Assembly: GCA_963848295.1 (NCBI GenBank)
Contig: CAWKDB010000010.1
Coordinates: 3,040,001 to 3,104,000 of the forward strand
Direction: 5' to 3'
Source of the DNA: an uncultured delta proteobacterium
GTDB lineage: Bacteria > Myxococcota_A > Polyangia > Haliangiales > Haliangiaceae
Length of the DNA: 64,000 nt
Shown piece after piece: positions 1 through 9,525 of the stretch. The translations under genes and the position numbers were made by a program. Position 1 is the stretch's first letter. Each line of letters opens with the position of its first letter. The notes under the pieces were generated by a model. That model was given only the letters and a program-made list of their open reading frames with translations. It was not told the origin of the DNA and ran no database searches.

Positions 1-322
1 CTCCTTCCCTTCTCCCCGAAAACACAAAACATCTTGGTGGCAGAGCCTGTGGCGCGATGTGGACGGGTGCGCCGCTACCTCGGTCGCCTCGTGGTCATCG
101 CGATCGATTCGCGGCGCAGCCGTCCAAGGAGCGAGGTCAGCCGCGGACGATCGACGGCGAGGGCCGCAATCGGCGGCGCGAGCGGCTGTCCGCGCGAGCG
201 GCATCGTCCACAGGCCGGCGCACGCAGCCGGCGTTGTGCAACATGTCTGGTTTGGACCCCAAGACGAACTCATTATTGTATGTGCCGAATCAATTGACGC
301 GATCCTCGACGGTGCTATGCCG

Positions 323-748
323 ATGTCTGTCGTGTCATCTTCGCGCAATCGGCAACTTGAGATCCCGCGGCCCGACAAGAACGGGCAACGTCGAGGCGGC
401 AAGCGACCGGGCGCAGGGCGCAAGCCGAAGGGGCCGTGCGCCGGTGTCACTCATGCGCGGCGTGTCGAGCTCGACCCGAGCAAGCCGCCGCACATCACGT
501 TGCGTGTGGTCGCGGCGATCGCCGCACTGCGCACCGAGAAGGCCTATCGCGCGATCCGTAAGGCGCTACAAGTCTCGGCGTTCAATCAACTCGGGTTGCG
601 GATCTGCCATTTCAGTGTGCAGCGCGATCATCTCCACTTGATCTGCGAGGCCGACAACAACACCGCGCTCGCACGTGGCATGCAGAGCTTCAAGATCTCG
701 GCCGCCAAGCAGCTCAACCACGAGCTGCGCCGTCGCGGCTCAGGACGA
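323..748 (+). pseudogene. Truncated HUH/Y1 (REP-associated, RAYT-like) tyrosine transposase
   Basis: Within ORF 59..826: basic RGGKRPGAGRKP, HITLR, HFSVQRDHLHL (HUH motif), ALARGMQSFKISAAKQLN. Similarity stops at RRRGSGR, so the C-terminal catalytic Tyr region is missing. Confidence 0.75.
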
Positions 749-1030
749 TGGGCGGCGCTTCATCTATCGAGGCGGCAAGATCGTCGAGATCCAGCGCTGG
801 GCCGATGGCAGACTCGCGTCGACTAAGCCATTTGCGCCGAAGATCGCCGGCCCCGCAGATGGGTCGCCTCGCGCCGGCAACCTCCGACGCACTGCTCTCC
901 CGAATAATCCGAGCAGGCCGTCGCGATATCCGCCGATTGGCCATGATTGCGGTGGCTTGCCGCGACCGCAACGCGAGCTGACGGACCAAGGCCCGCCGCG
1001 TACTTATGTGTGACCTTCAACGAGGTGTTT

Positions 1031-1861
1031 ATGTCTACCGAAGCGGTTCAATGGCTGATGAAAGTGCTGCAACCCGAGAAGACGTTGGGCTCGATGCCCG
1101 GAATCTCCGCGCTCACCGAGGGCACCCGCGCCGCCCTCCTCGGGGTGGATCCCGAGACCTACCGCGCAGAGCTCGCGCGGATGCGCAGCGCCGTGACGGA
1201 CGCCGCCTGCGAGCTGCTCGCCGATCCCGCCGTAGCGGCGATGGTCGATCGCCTCCCGCTGCAGAAGGGGGCGCGGATCGTCGCCTTCGGTGACAGCCAC
1301 ACGGCCGACCCGCAGTCCTGGGCCACGATCGTCGCCGAGATGCTGGCCGCGCGGCGTCCGGCCGACGAGTTGTCGGTGGCGGTCCGCGCGGTCCCAGGCG
1401 AGACTACGACCCACGGGCTGGTCCGAATCGGCGAGGCGCTCGCCCTCCAGCCGGACTGGCTCCTCTTCCTCATCGGGGTGAACGACGCGCGGACGCAGGG
1501 GCCGAGCCCGAGCAAGACGCTGGTCGACCGCGGCGAGACGGCGCGCAACCTCGCCGCGCTGCGCAGCCGCGCGTCGCACGAGACGAAGGCGCACTGTCTT
1601 TGGCTCACGCCTCCCGCGGTGATCGAAGACCGGGTGGCAACGCACTGGGGCCTGTCGCGCCTCGGCGTACGCTTCCGCAACGAGGACGTTGCGGACGTCG
1701 CGCGCGCGGTGCGTGAGCTCGGCGGTCCGACTATCGACCTCTTCTCGATCCTGGGCTCGCCGACTCCGGCCGACCTATTGATGGACGACGGCCTCCACTT
1801 CACCCTTGCGGGGCAGAAGCGCATCGCCCTCGAGGTCCTGCGCGGCTGGAGCAATCACTAA
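1031..1861 (+). CDS. SGNH/GDSL-family hydrolase
   Basis: FGDSHT block I, GETT block II, GVNDA block III, DGLHF block V; GAGGTG RBS before ATG 1031. Confidence 0.9.
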   Translation: MSTEAVQWLMKVLQPEKTLGSMPGISALTEGTRAALLGVDPETYRAELARMRSAVTDAACELLADPAVAAMVDRLPLQKGARIVAFGDSHTADPQSWATIVAEMLAARRPADELSVAVRAVPGETTTHGLVRIGEALALQPDWLLFLIGVNDARTQGPSPSKTLVDRGETARNLAALRSRASHETKAHCLWLTPPAVIEDRVATHWGLSRLGVRFRNEDVADVARAVRELGGPTIDLFSILGSPTPADLLMDDGLHFTLAGQKRIALEVLRGWSNH

Positions 1862-1864
1862 TAT

Positions 1865-2767
1865 ATGAGACACCTCATTACGGGCGCGACCGGGAACATC
1901 GGCTCGCTGGTCACCCAACGCCTGATCGATCGCGGCGATCGCCCTTGCGTCTTCGTGCGTGACGCCGCGAAGGCGCGGTCGCAGTTCGGTGATGCGGTCG
2001 AGATCCGCGTCGGGGATTTGGCGGCTGACCAGGCGTCGCTGTCGGCGGCGTTCGCCGGCGCCGACTCGCTCTTTCTCCTCAACGTCGGGCCCGAGCTCGC
2101 GGCACGCGATCGCGTGGCCGCGCTCGCAGCCAAGGCCGCGGGCGTGCGTCACCTGGTCAAGCTCTCGACGCTCGACGTGCTCTCGAGCGTGGGGACCGGG
2201 CCGTGGCACGCGCGCGGCGAGGCCGCAGTGCGCGACAGCGGCGTCGCCTTCACGTTCATTCAAACGGCGGCCTTCATGTCCAACGCGCTCCACTGGGCTC
2301 ACTCGATCAAGGCCGAGGGGGTCCTGCGATCGTCGACGGGCGACGGCAAGATCGCATTCATCCACCCACACGACATCGCCGCCGTCGCCGTCCGCGCTCT
2401 GACTACGCGCGACCATCACGGCGAGGCGATCGTGATCAGCGGGCCGCGAGCGCTGAGCTACGCCGAGATGGTCGCGGCGATTGGCGCCGCGATCGGGGAG
2501 TCCGTTCGCTTCGTCCACATCACTGACGGCGAGGCGCGCGTGGGTACCGGCCCCTACGCGGAGGCGCTAATGGACATCTGGCGCGCGATCCGAGAAGGCC
2601 GCGTGGCCACGGTGACCGATGGGGTGCAGCGCATCCTCGACCGCGAGCCGTCGTCCTTCGACCAGTGGGTCGCGGAGAACGCCGACGCGTTCGTCAGGCC
2701 GGGTGCGAGTCGAGGTAGACGAGCACCGTCCGTACGGCCTCCTCCTTCGCGCTCGCGAGCGAGATGA
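1865..2767 (+). CDS. NmrA-like NAD(P)H-binding (atypical SDR) protein
   Basis: N-terminal ITGATGNIG Rossmann motif, HLVKLS, IHPHDIAAVA; starts 4 nt after the SGNH stop. Confidence 0.9.
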   Translation: MRHLITGATGNIGSLVTQRLIDRGDRPCVFVRDAAKARSQFGDAVEIRVGDLAADQASLSAAFAGADSLFLLNVGPELAARDRVAALAAKAAGVRHLVKLSTLDVLSSVGTGPWHARGEAAVRDSGVAFTFIQTAAFMSNALHWAHSIKAEGVLRSSTGDGKIAFIHPHDIAAVAVRALTTRDHHGEAIVISGPRALSYAEMVAAIGAAIGESVRFVHITDGEARVGTGPYAEALMDIWRAIREGRVATVTDGVQRILDREPSSFDQWVAENADAFVRPGASRGRRAPSVRPPPSRSRAR

Positions 2768-3287
2768 GGGGAGGCCGCTGTGCCACCCCGTGCACCAGCG
2801 ACTCGATCAAGTTGGGCAAGACGAACAGCATCCGCTTCGCCTCGTCATCAGTGGGCGCGATCACCCGCTCGAACGTCTCGCGGAGCGCGGCTCGAAACCC
2901 CGCCGGTCCCTCCGGCACCAGCGCGGTGACGAGCTGGTGGAGCTCGGGATCGGCGGCGTGCACGTCCGCGAGACCCTCGACCAGCGCGCGCGCGAAGTCC
3001 TCGAGCGACCCCGACACGCGCTCGGCCAGCGCGCGGTCGATCACCCGTCGCACGTCGTCCACGTGCCGCTCGTGGAGCGCCCGGTAGATCGCCTGCTTGT
3101 CGGGGAAGTACTGATAGAGAGACCCGATGCTGACGCCCGCGGCCTCGGCGATGCGGTTGGTGGTGACCGCGTCGGGGCCGTGGCGCTTGAGCACGAGCGT
3201 CACCGCGTCGAGCACCACGTCCACGGTTTGCCGCGACCGGTGCTGCCGCGGCCCGCGTCGGGTCTGGGCTCTGGGTGCGCCTCTCAT
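2694..3287 (-). CDS. TetR/AcrR-family regulator
   Basis: PRQHRSRQTVDVVL...TTNRIAEAAGVSIGSLYQYFPDK helix-turn-helix. Confidence 0.9.
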   Translation of the reverse strand: MRGAPRAQTRRGPRQHRSRQTVDVVLDAVTLVLKRHGPDAVTTNRIAEAAGVSIGSLYQYFPDKQAIYRALHERHVDDVRRVIDRALAERVSGSLEDFARALVEGLADVHAADPELHQLVTALVPEGPAGFRAALRETFERVIAPTDDEAKRMLFVLPNLIESLVHGVAQRPPLISLASAKEEAVRTVLVYLDSHPA

Positions 3288-3707
3288 CGTGACGTACTCG
3301 TCGCTTGCTGACCGGACGTCACTCGCGATGGCGGGGTGACGTCGATGACATCGGCGAGAACGTGAGCGTCGCGCTGCGCGCCGCGAAAAATACGCCCTTC
3401 CCAATTAGACCGGGCGGCCCTTCGCTCGGCTGCATCCACGTTCGAAGCGTAGCACCTGCGGGCCTTTGGTGGCCTGCGGTCATGGACGACCGCTCGGCTC
3501 GCGCGCAGGCTCAGGTCGACAACGGGCAGAGCTGAAGCGGTTGCGTAGTCCGAACGCGTACATCTCCGTCCACTGACCGTGTGCCATCGTCGGCCCAGCG
3601 TCACGGCCAACGATCACCCCGTCACGACGTCCTCGGCCGTACGGTTACGTTGTGAAGAATCATGAGACGTCCACGTCCACGATCTCGAGCAACCGTCTTG
3701 AGCCGCA

Positions 3708-3920
3708 ATGTCGGTACCGCTGAACATCGCGGAAGCGGCAGGAAAAACGAGCGACGCCGATCGAAACAACCGCTACCCGATCGCTCGCGGGGAGGCCATG
3801 GAATGCGGCGCCATCATCGATGTCGTCCGGCTCATCGACGACGTGCGCGAGCCCGAACTAGCTGCGGCGAAACAACTCCTCATTCGAGTCGTCGGGATGC
3901 TGAGCAAGATGTGGCGCTAA
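3708..3920 (+). pseudogene. C-terminal fragment of a four-helix-bundle (23S rRNA IVP/Avd-like) protein
   Basis: SVPLNIAEAAG...IARGEAMECGAIID...RVVGMLSK matches the family; the N-terminal half is absent (in-frame stop just upstream). Confidence 0.75.
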
Positions 3921-3989
3921 TCGTGGACGTGTACGTGCACGGACACGTGACACGTGCACGACGGAAACGGCACTAACTTACCGGCATTG

Positions 3990-4020
3990 GATCTAGACCG
4001 ATCTAGACCCGATCTAGACC
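3990..4020. repeat. Three copies of GATCTAGACC
   Basis: Copies at 3990-3999, 4000-4009 and 4011-4020; the last contains the TAG stop of the minus-strand gene 4014..4595. Confidence 0.9.
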
Positions 4021-4595
4021 GCGCGCCACGCGGCGGTGAGCACGCCGATGATGGCTGCGAGCCAGGTCGTACCGCTGGCGAGCACGGCGAGTGACACCAC
4101 GATCGGCGAGATCACCTCGCCACCGTCTTGCTGCGGTTCCCACAGCGTCAAGATCAGCGCGACCGCAGCCGAGACCAGGACGCCGAGTGCGACCCAATGC
4201 TCCTTGACGTCGAACCAGCGCGCCGCGGCCGCCGCTCGCCGCACCATGTCCGCGGTCGTCGGGTTGATCGTCGGCGGCTCGTGCGCCTTCACAGCGATCC
4301 GTGCGAGCTCGCTATCCTTCGTCGTCTGTTGCGCGCCCACCGCGGTGGGATTCTCGAGGTACGCGGTACGGACCTCGACCCGGTACGTCGGGTACATGAT
4401 GTTGCCGACGAGGAACGCCGCACCTTGCAGCGCGAGCGCGAGGTACGCGAACCGGCGCACCGCGCGCCGCTTGCCGGCTTGTCCGCGCACGTAGCGGCGC
4501 AGCCAGATCACGAGGTGAGTGGTCGCGCCGACCGCCGCCACGCCGATCGCGGTGTGGAGCACGAGCAGCCACCGCGCCGCAGACTCTTCGAGCAC
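4014..4595 (-). CDS. Hypothetical membrane protein (~4 TM)
   Basis: 193 aa with four hydrophobic stretches and a WFDVKEHW motif. Confidence 0.75.
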   Translation of the reverse strand: MLEESAARWLLVLHTAIGVAAVGATTHLVIWLRRYVRGQAGKRRAVRRFAYLALALQGAAFLVGNIMYPTYRVEVRTAYLENPTAVGAQQTTKDSELARIAVKAHEPPTINPTTADMVRRAAAAARWFDVKEHWVALGVLVSAAVALILTLWEPQQDGGEVISPIVVSLAVLASGTTWLAAIIGVLTAAWRAV

Positions 4596-4610
4596 CCGAT
4601 ATTCGTACCA

Positions 4611-4713
4611 CGGAGAAATTGATCAATTGATCAACAGGCGACAGGCAACAGGCAATTCCGGATCCGGCATTGCCTGTTGCCCGTTGCCTGTTCTTGGTTG
4701 ATCAATTTCCCCG
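4611..4713. repeat. ~100-bp inverted repeat with internal heptamer units (MITE/REP-like hairpin)
   Basis: CGGAGAAATTGATCAA...TTGATCAATTTCCCCG outer arms; AACAGGCGACAGGCAACAGGCAAT / ATTGCCTGTTGCCCGTTGCCTGTT inner arms. Confidence 0.85.
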
Positions 4714-4730
4714 ATCGCCCTTTCGTTCCG

Positions 4731-4763
4731 AAAAACGAAAAGGCCTCCCGGGTGGAAGGCCTT
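4731..4763 (-). terminator. Rho-independent terminator downstream of ftsZ
   Basis: Minus strand reads AAGGCCTTCC-loop-GGAGGCCTT then TTCGTTTTT, about 50 bp after the ftsZ stop. Confidence 0.8.
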
Positions 4764-4811
4764 CCCGCTAGGGAGGGTTGCGTCGGGTGACGCAAAAGCT
4801 AAGCGATAGAG

Positions 4812-6226
4812 TTACGGATTCGTCGCGGAGTGACGGCGGATAAACGTGGGGACGTCGAGCTCGGTCTCGGTGTCGATCTCGCCGGCGAGCACGGCCTTCA
4901 TGCTCGGTCGTGATTGAGCCCGCTTGCGATCGGGCTGGACGAGCGGCGCGCCGTCGACCGGCGACGGGCCCGAGCCACTCGCCATGCGTTGCGAGGGCTC
5001 ACCGTGCGGAACCGGATCGAGCTCCGAGCAACGCCTCGATCGACCGAGTCGGCGGCAGTCCAGTCGACCTCGATGTCCGGATCGTCGACGACCTGGGCCG
5101 CCGGGCGAGTGACGCGGCGGCGACGACGGCGGCGGATACTCCTTCGTGATCTGCGTCGAGACATCGTACGGCAGCGTGATCTGCTGCGCGCTCAGTCGCT
5201 TCGCCGGCAGCGTGGGCGCGACGTGGGTCTGGGCCGCATGGCCGTCGGGCAGGCCGGCCGTCTTCGCGGCGCGGTCGAAGCCGGTCGCGATCACGGTGAT
5301 GCGGACCTCGTCGGACAGGTTCGGGTCGATGACCGAGCCGAAGATGATGTTCGCGTCTTCGTGCGCGGCTTGCTGGATCAGCGACGACGCCTCGTTGACC
5401 TCGTGCAGCGTGAGGTCCGGGCCGCCGGTGATGTTGATCAGGATGCCGGTCGCGCCTTCGATCGAGACGTCCTCGAGCAGCGGCGAGCTGATCGCCGTCT
5501 CGGCGGCTTCGGTCGCGCGGCGCTTGCCGGTGCCGATGCCGGTGCCCATCAGCGCGCGGCCCATGCCGCTCATGATCGTGCGGACGTCGGCGAAGTCGAC
5601 GTTGATGAGGCCGGGGACGGTCATCAGGTCGCTGATGCCCTGCACCGCGTTGAGCAGCACCGAGTCGGCCTTGCGGAACGCCTCGACCATCGACGTGCTG
5701 CTGGCCGACCAGCGCGAGCAGGCGATTGTTCGGGATCACGATCAGCGTGTCGACCGCGCCGGCGAGCCGCTCGATGCCCTCGACCGCTTGCTTCGACGCG
5801 CTTCTTGCCTTCGAAGCCGAACGGCTTGGTCACGACGCCGACGGTGAGCGCGCCGCAGTCGCGCGCGATCTGCGCGATGACCGGCGCCGCGCCCGTGCCG
5901 GTGCCGCCGCCCATGCCGGCGGTCACGAACACCATGTCGGCGCCGCTGATCAAGTCGGCGATCGACTGCATGCTCTCTTCGGCCGAGCGGCGGCCGACGT
6001 CGGGGTTCGCGCCGGCGCCGAGACCCTTGGTCAGCGCGTTGCCGAGCTGGATCTTGTGAGGCGCCATGTTGGCCTCGAGCGCCTGCATGTCGGTGTTTGC
6101 GACGACGAACTCGACGCCGTCGAGGTTGCCGCTGATCATGGTGTTGACCGCGTTGCCGCCGCCGCCACCGACACCGATGACAAGGATCTTTGCGTGGCTG
6201 ACGTCGTCGAATTCGATGAGAGACAT
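4812..6226 (-). CDS. ftsZ: Cell division GTPase FtsZ (apparent frameshifts near 5797 and 5696)
   Basis: [20 protein letters not shown] tubulin signature, INVDFADV T7 loop, C-terminal LDVPTFIR; the coding sequence runs across three frames. Confidence 0.95.
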
Positions 6227-6294
6227 GGTTCGTAGGCCCCCTGGTAGACCCATATGAAAGTGGTCGATCCATGGGGGCAACTTTTTGAATCACC

Positions 6295-6594
6295 TCATGC
6301 GCAAGGAAACGCAACGAGCAGCGGGGCGGTGGACTCGGACTGGCCGCCGGTCTCGTGCGCGAGGCAGCCGGCGAGCTCGGCGGCGTCGGAGATCCCGTTG
6401 CAGGCCTCTGGGATCTCGCGGCACTCCTCGTAGCCCGACGGCGCCTCGCCGCTATCGATCCCGCAGCACGTGCAGACCTCGGCGCAGTACTGCGCGGCGC
6501 CGCACCGCGAGCTACCGCATTGCACCGGGGCGCCGGGGGGAGGGCGAGCCGTGCAAGCGGCGACCAGCGGAGCGAACAGCCAGGCGAACCTCAT
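6295..6594 (-). CDS. Small Cys-rich lipoprotein
   Basis: MRFAWLFAPLVAAC lipobox-like N-terminus, then CGSSRCGAAQYCAEVCTCC. Confidence 0.6.
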   Translation of the reverse strand: MRFAWLFAPLVAACTARPPPGAPVQCGSSRCGAAQYCAEVCTCCGIDSGEAPSGYEECREIPEACNGISDAAELAGCLAHETGGQSESTAPLLVAFPCA

Positions 6595-6708
6595 AGCCAC
6601 CCGCATCGCAACCACTGCGCCATTTCCCCGGCAGTGATTTCCATGGTTTCGACGGTGCTCGATGCGCGCTGGTCGAGCCGATCGCGGCAGCGGTGTCAGC
6701 GCGAATCG

Positions 6709-7944
6709 CTAGAAGATCTCGGCGAGCCGGCCCCAGGCGCGCCGGAACAAGCCACCGCGATCGTCGTTGCCACCGCGCGCCGGGGGCTTGATGTCGTGGC
6801 CGCGGTCCGCGCCGAACATCACGAGGCCGACGCCGGTCGAGTACGCGGGCGAGCGCACGACATCGACGAGCCCGCCGATTCGCGTCGGAGCGCCGCGCCG
6901 GGTCGGCAGGCCGACGATCAGCTCCGCGATCTCGGTGACGCCGTCCATCGCGGTCGCGCCGCCGGTGACGACGATGCCCGCGGCGAGGCCGTCGAAGTAG
7001 CCGCAGCGCATCAGCTCCTTCTTGACGTGCTCGAAGATCTCTTCGACTCGCGGCTCGATCACCTCGACGAGCTTGAGCCGCGGCAACACGCGCGGGCCGC
7101 GGCCGCCGACCGATGGCACTTCCATCGTCTCGTTGTCGTCGATGTGGCCGCGCCACGCGCAGCCGTACTTGCGCTTGATCTTCTCGGCCGCGTCGAGCGG
7201 CGTGCGCAACACCGTCGCGATGTCGTTCGTGACGTGACCACCGCCGAGCGGCAGCACCGCGGTGTGGACGATCGCACCGTCGGAGTAGACCATCAGGTCG
7301 CAGGTGCCGCCGCCGATGTCGACGAGCGCCACGCCGAGCTCTTTCTCGTCATCTTCGAGCACCGCGAGCGACGACGAGTACGACTCGAGCACGATGTCGG
7401 CGACCTGTAGGTTGCAGCGGTTCGCGCACTTCACGACGTTCTGCGCCGACGCGACCGGCGCGGTCACGATGTGGACCTTCGCTTCGAGCCGGACCCCGGC
7501 CATGCCGAGCGGATCGCGAATGCCGTCTTGATCGTCGACGACGTACTGCTGTGGCAACACGTGCAGCACTTCGCGGTCCATCGGGATCGCGACCGCCTTC
7601 GCCGCCTCGATCACGCGCGCGATGTCGGCCTCGCGGACCTCTTTGTCTTTGACCGCGACGATGCCGTGCGAGTTCAGGCCGCGCACGTGCGGGCCGGAGA
7701 TCGCGGCGTATACGGTCGAGATCTCGCAGCCGGCCATGTTCTCGGCTTCGTCGACCGCCTGTTGGATCGAGGCGACGGTCGCGTCGATGTTGACGACGTT
7801 GCCGCGCCGCATCCCCTTGGACGGCGCGGTGCCGATGCCGATGATGTCGATGCCGTCCTCGGTCACTTCTCCCGCGATGCACGCGATCTTGGTGGTGCCG
7901 ATATCGAGGCCGACGATGATCTCGGTGGACTTGGACTTGGACAT
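6709..7944 (-). CDS. ftsA: Cell division protein FtsA
   Basis: VGLDIGTTKI, VDIGGGT, VVTGG and a C-terminal amphipathic helix; dcw position. Confidence 0.97.
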   Translation of the reverse strand: MSKSKSTEIIVGLDIGTTKIACIAGEVTEDGIDIIGIGTAPSKGMRRGNVVNIDATVASIQQAVDEAENMAGCEISTVYAAISGPHVRGLNSHGIVAVKDKEVREADIARVIEAAKAVAIPMDREVLHVLPQQYVVDDQDGIRDPLGMAGVRLEAKVHIVTAPVASAQNVVKCANRCNLQVADIVLESYSSSLAVLEDDEKELGVALVDIGGGTCDLMVYSDGAIVHTAVLPLGGGHVTNDIATVLRTPLDAAEKIKRKYGCAWRGHIDDNETMEVPSVGGRGPRVLPRLKLVEVIEPRVEEIFEHVKKELMRCGYFDGLAAGIVVTGGATAMDGVTEIAELIVGLPTRRGAPTRIGGLVDVVRSPAYSTGVGLVMFGADRGHDIKPPARGGNDDRGGLFRRAWGRLAEIF

Positions 7945-7950
7945 GCGGCT

Positions 7951-8865
7951 TTAGGGCTCTTTCAGTGCGACGGTGACTTGGTCGAGGCGCTGGGCGACGT
8001 GGATCGCGCGAGCGCGCGCGCGTTGGGAATCGGTGAGCTGGGCCCAGGCGGCGTCGAACGTGTCCATCCGCGCCGCGATCGCCGAGTCGAGTCCGCCGAG
8101 ATCGATCGCGATCGCGGCGTCGTAGGTCTCGAGGGTCAGGCTGTCGTGCGCGCCGAGGTGGATCTCGCCGATCGCAGGCCGGCCGGCGACCGAGCTCCAC
8201 AGCGCGCGCGCCTGCAGCGCCGAATGGACGAGGCTCGCGACGGTGTCCGCGGGAGTCGCGCGATCGATGCCGGTGATCACCGGCAGGCCGGCGCCGTCGG
8301 ACTCGTCGAACCGTTTGAACGGATGGCCATCGCCATCGACGAGGTACAGCTCGCCGAGCTCGACGACCGCGGCCGCCTCGCGCTCGTGAACCTCGACGAC
8401 GATCGTGTGCGGCAACACGCGGTGAATGTCGACGTCGGCGATCCACGGGTTCGTCCGGACGCCGGTCGCCGCGCGGTCGAGCTGCGCCGCGAACACGTTG
8501 TCGCCGAGCGCCAGGCCCGTCGCGGTACGGATCTGATCGGCGGACACCCGGTGGTTGCCCTCGACCGTGATCGCGGTGATCGCGAACCGCGGCGACGTCG
8601 TGACGAACCGGTAACCGGCGTACGCGGTGCCACCGAGCACGGCGACCGCGGCGGTCGCGGCGAGGGCGGGCATCGACCGGCGCAGCGCGCGGCCGCATGC
8701 ATCGGCGATCACCGCCGGCCGCGGCATCCGGCTCCACAGCGAGCCTTGGCGCCGGCGGTTCGTCTTCGCTCGGACGGTCAGTCGCGACGAAGCCGGCGGA
8801 GTCGGACGTGCGGGTGCGGCCGCCGCCGCGACACGGGCCGCCCCCTGACGGCGGGATCGATCCAT
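7951..8865 (-). CDS. ftsQ: Cell division protein FtsQ/DivIB (start uncertain)
   Basis: One TM segment, POTRA domain (ITVEGNHRVS...NPWIADVDIHRVLPHTIVVEVHER); lies just upstream of ftsA. Confidence 0.9.
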   Translation of the reverse strand: MDRSRRQGAARVAAAAAPARPTPPASSRLTVRAKTNRRRQGSLWSRMPRPAVIADACGRALRRSMPALAATAAVAVLGGTAYAGYRFVTTSPRFAITAITVEGNHRVSADQIRTATGLALGDNVFAAQLDRAATGVRTNPWIADVDIHRVLPHTIVVEVHEREAAAVVELGELYLVDGDGHPFKRFDESDGAGLPVITGIDRATPADTVASLVHSALQARALWSSVAGRPAIGEIHLGAHDSLTLETYDAAIAIDLGGLDSAIAARMDTFDAAWAQLTDSQRARARAIHVAQRLDQVTVALKEP

Positions 8866-9047
8866 GGTTCGAAATACTCATGTCGTGATCTCGAGAGCCA
8901 ATTTTTTGCGTAGTTCCGGATCTCTCCCGCGGCTCGCGCGATGGAACGACAGTTGCCGTTGCTGCCGCTAGTGGTGCGCCGAGATCGACACACCGTTGGG
9001 ACCGCTCGTCGTCCTCCGCCCTAGGGTGATCTCGGTCGTGCTGCGGT

Positions 9048-9491
9048 TCAGTCGTCATCGTCATCGTCATCGGAGACGTTGACGTCGTCTTTCTTCTTGC
9101 CCTTCTTCGCGGGCGCTTTCCGGGCGGACTTCTTGGCCACCGCTTTCGCCGGCTTGTCGTCATCGTCGTCATCGTCGTCGGCCTTCTTCGCGGCAGCCTT
9201 GGCCGGCTTCCTCGTCGCCTTCCGGTCGTCGTCGGAGTCGGCGTCATCGTCGTCCGACTTCGCGGCTTTCTTCACGTGCTCGACCCTGACGCCCTTCCTG
9301 AGCTCCGGTCTTGGAGCGACCGCGACCGCGGCCGACTTTGCCGCCGGTGTGGCCGTCGCCGGAGTCGTCGACTTGGCCGTAGGCGAGGTCGGCCGCGGGC
9401 CCGAACCGACCCCGGTGCGTGGCCTGAACGTCTGGGCGCTCGCGGCGGTCGCGAACAGGGCGAGGACCAAGGCGACGGTCAGGGCGCGCAT
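9048..9491 (-). CDS. Secreted low-complexity Asp/Lys/Ala-rich protein
   Basis: Signal peptide MRALTVALVLALFATAASA, then alternating poly-Asp and KPAKAAAKK blocks. Confidence 0.7.
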   Translation of the reverse strand: MRALTVALVLALFATAASAQTFRPRTGVGSGPRPTSPTAKSTTPATATPAAKSAAVAVAPRPELRKGVRVEHVKKAAKSDDDDADSDDDRKATRKPAKAAAKKADDDDDDDDKPAKAVAKKSARKAPAKKGKKKDDVNVSDDDDDDD

Positions 9492-9525
9492 GACCGTAAT
9501 CGTGCCATATCGCCAAGTCGGAGGG

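Noticed and set aside
2694..2767. 74-bp convergent overlap of NmrA and TetR genes as an antisense system
   Set aside because: The NmrA tail is low-complexity run-on past the domain end, common in GC-rich genomes.
3708..3920. Diversity-generating retroelement (Avd)
   Set aside because: No reverse transcriptase or template/variable repeat pair in the window.
5000..5800. ftsZ as a pseudogene or programmed frameshift
   Set aside because: Single extra bases near 5797 and 5696 (and a likely compensating pair near 5010-5100) lack slippery sites in an otherwise intact core gene. Similar indels occur elsewhere, so sequencing error is likelier.
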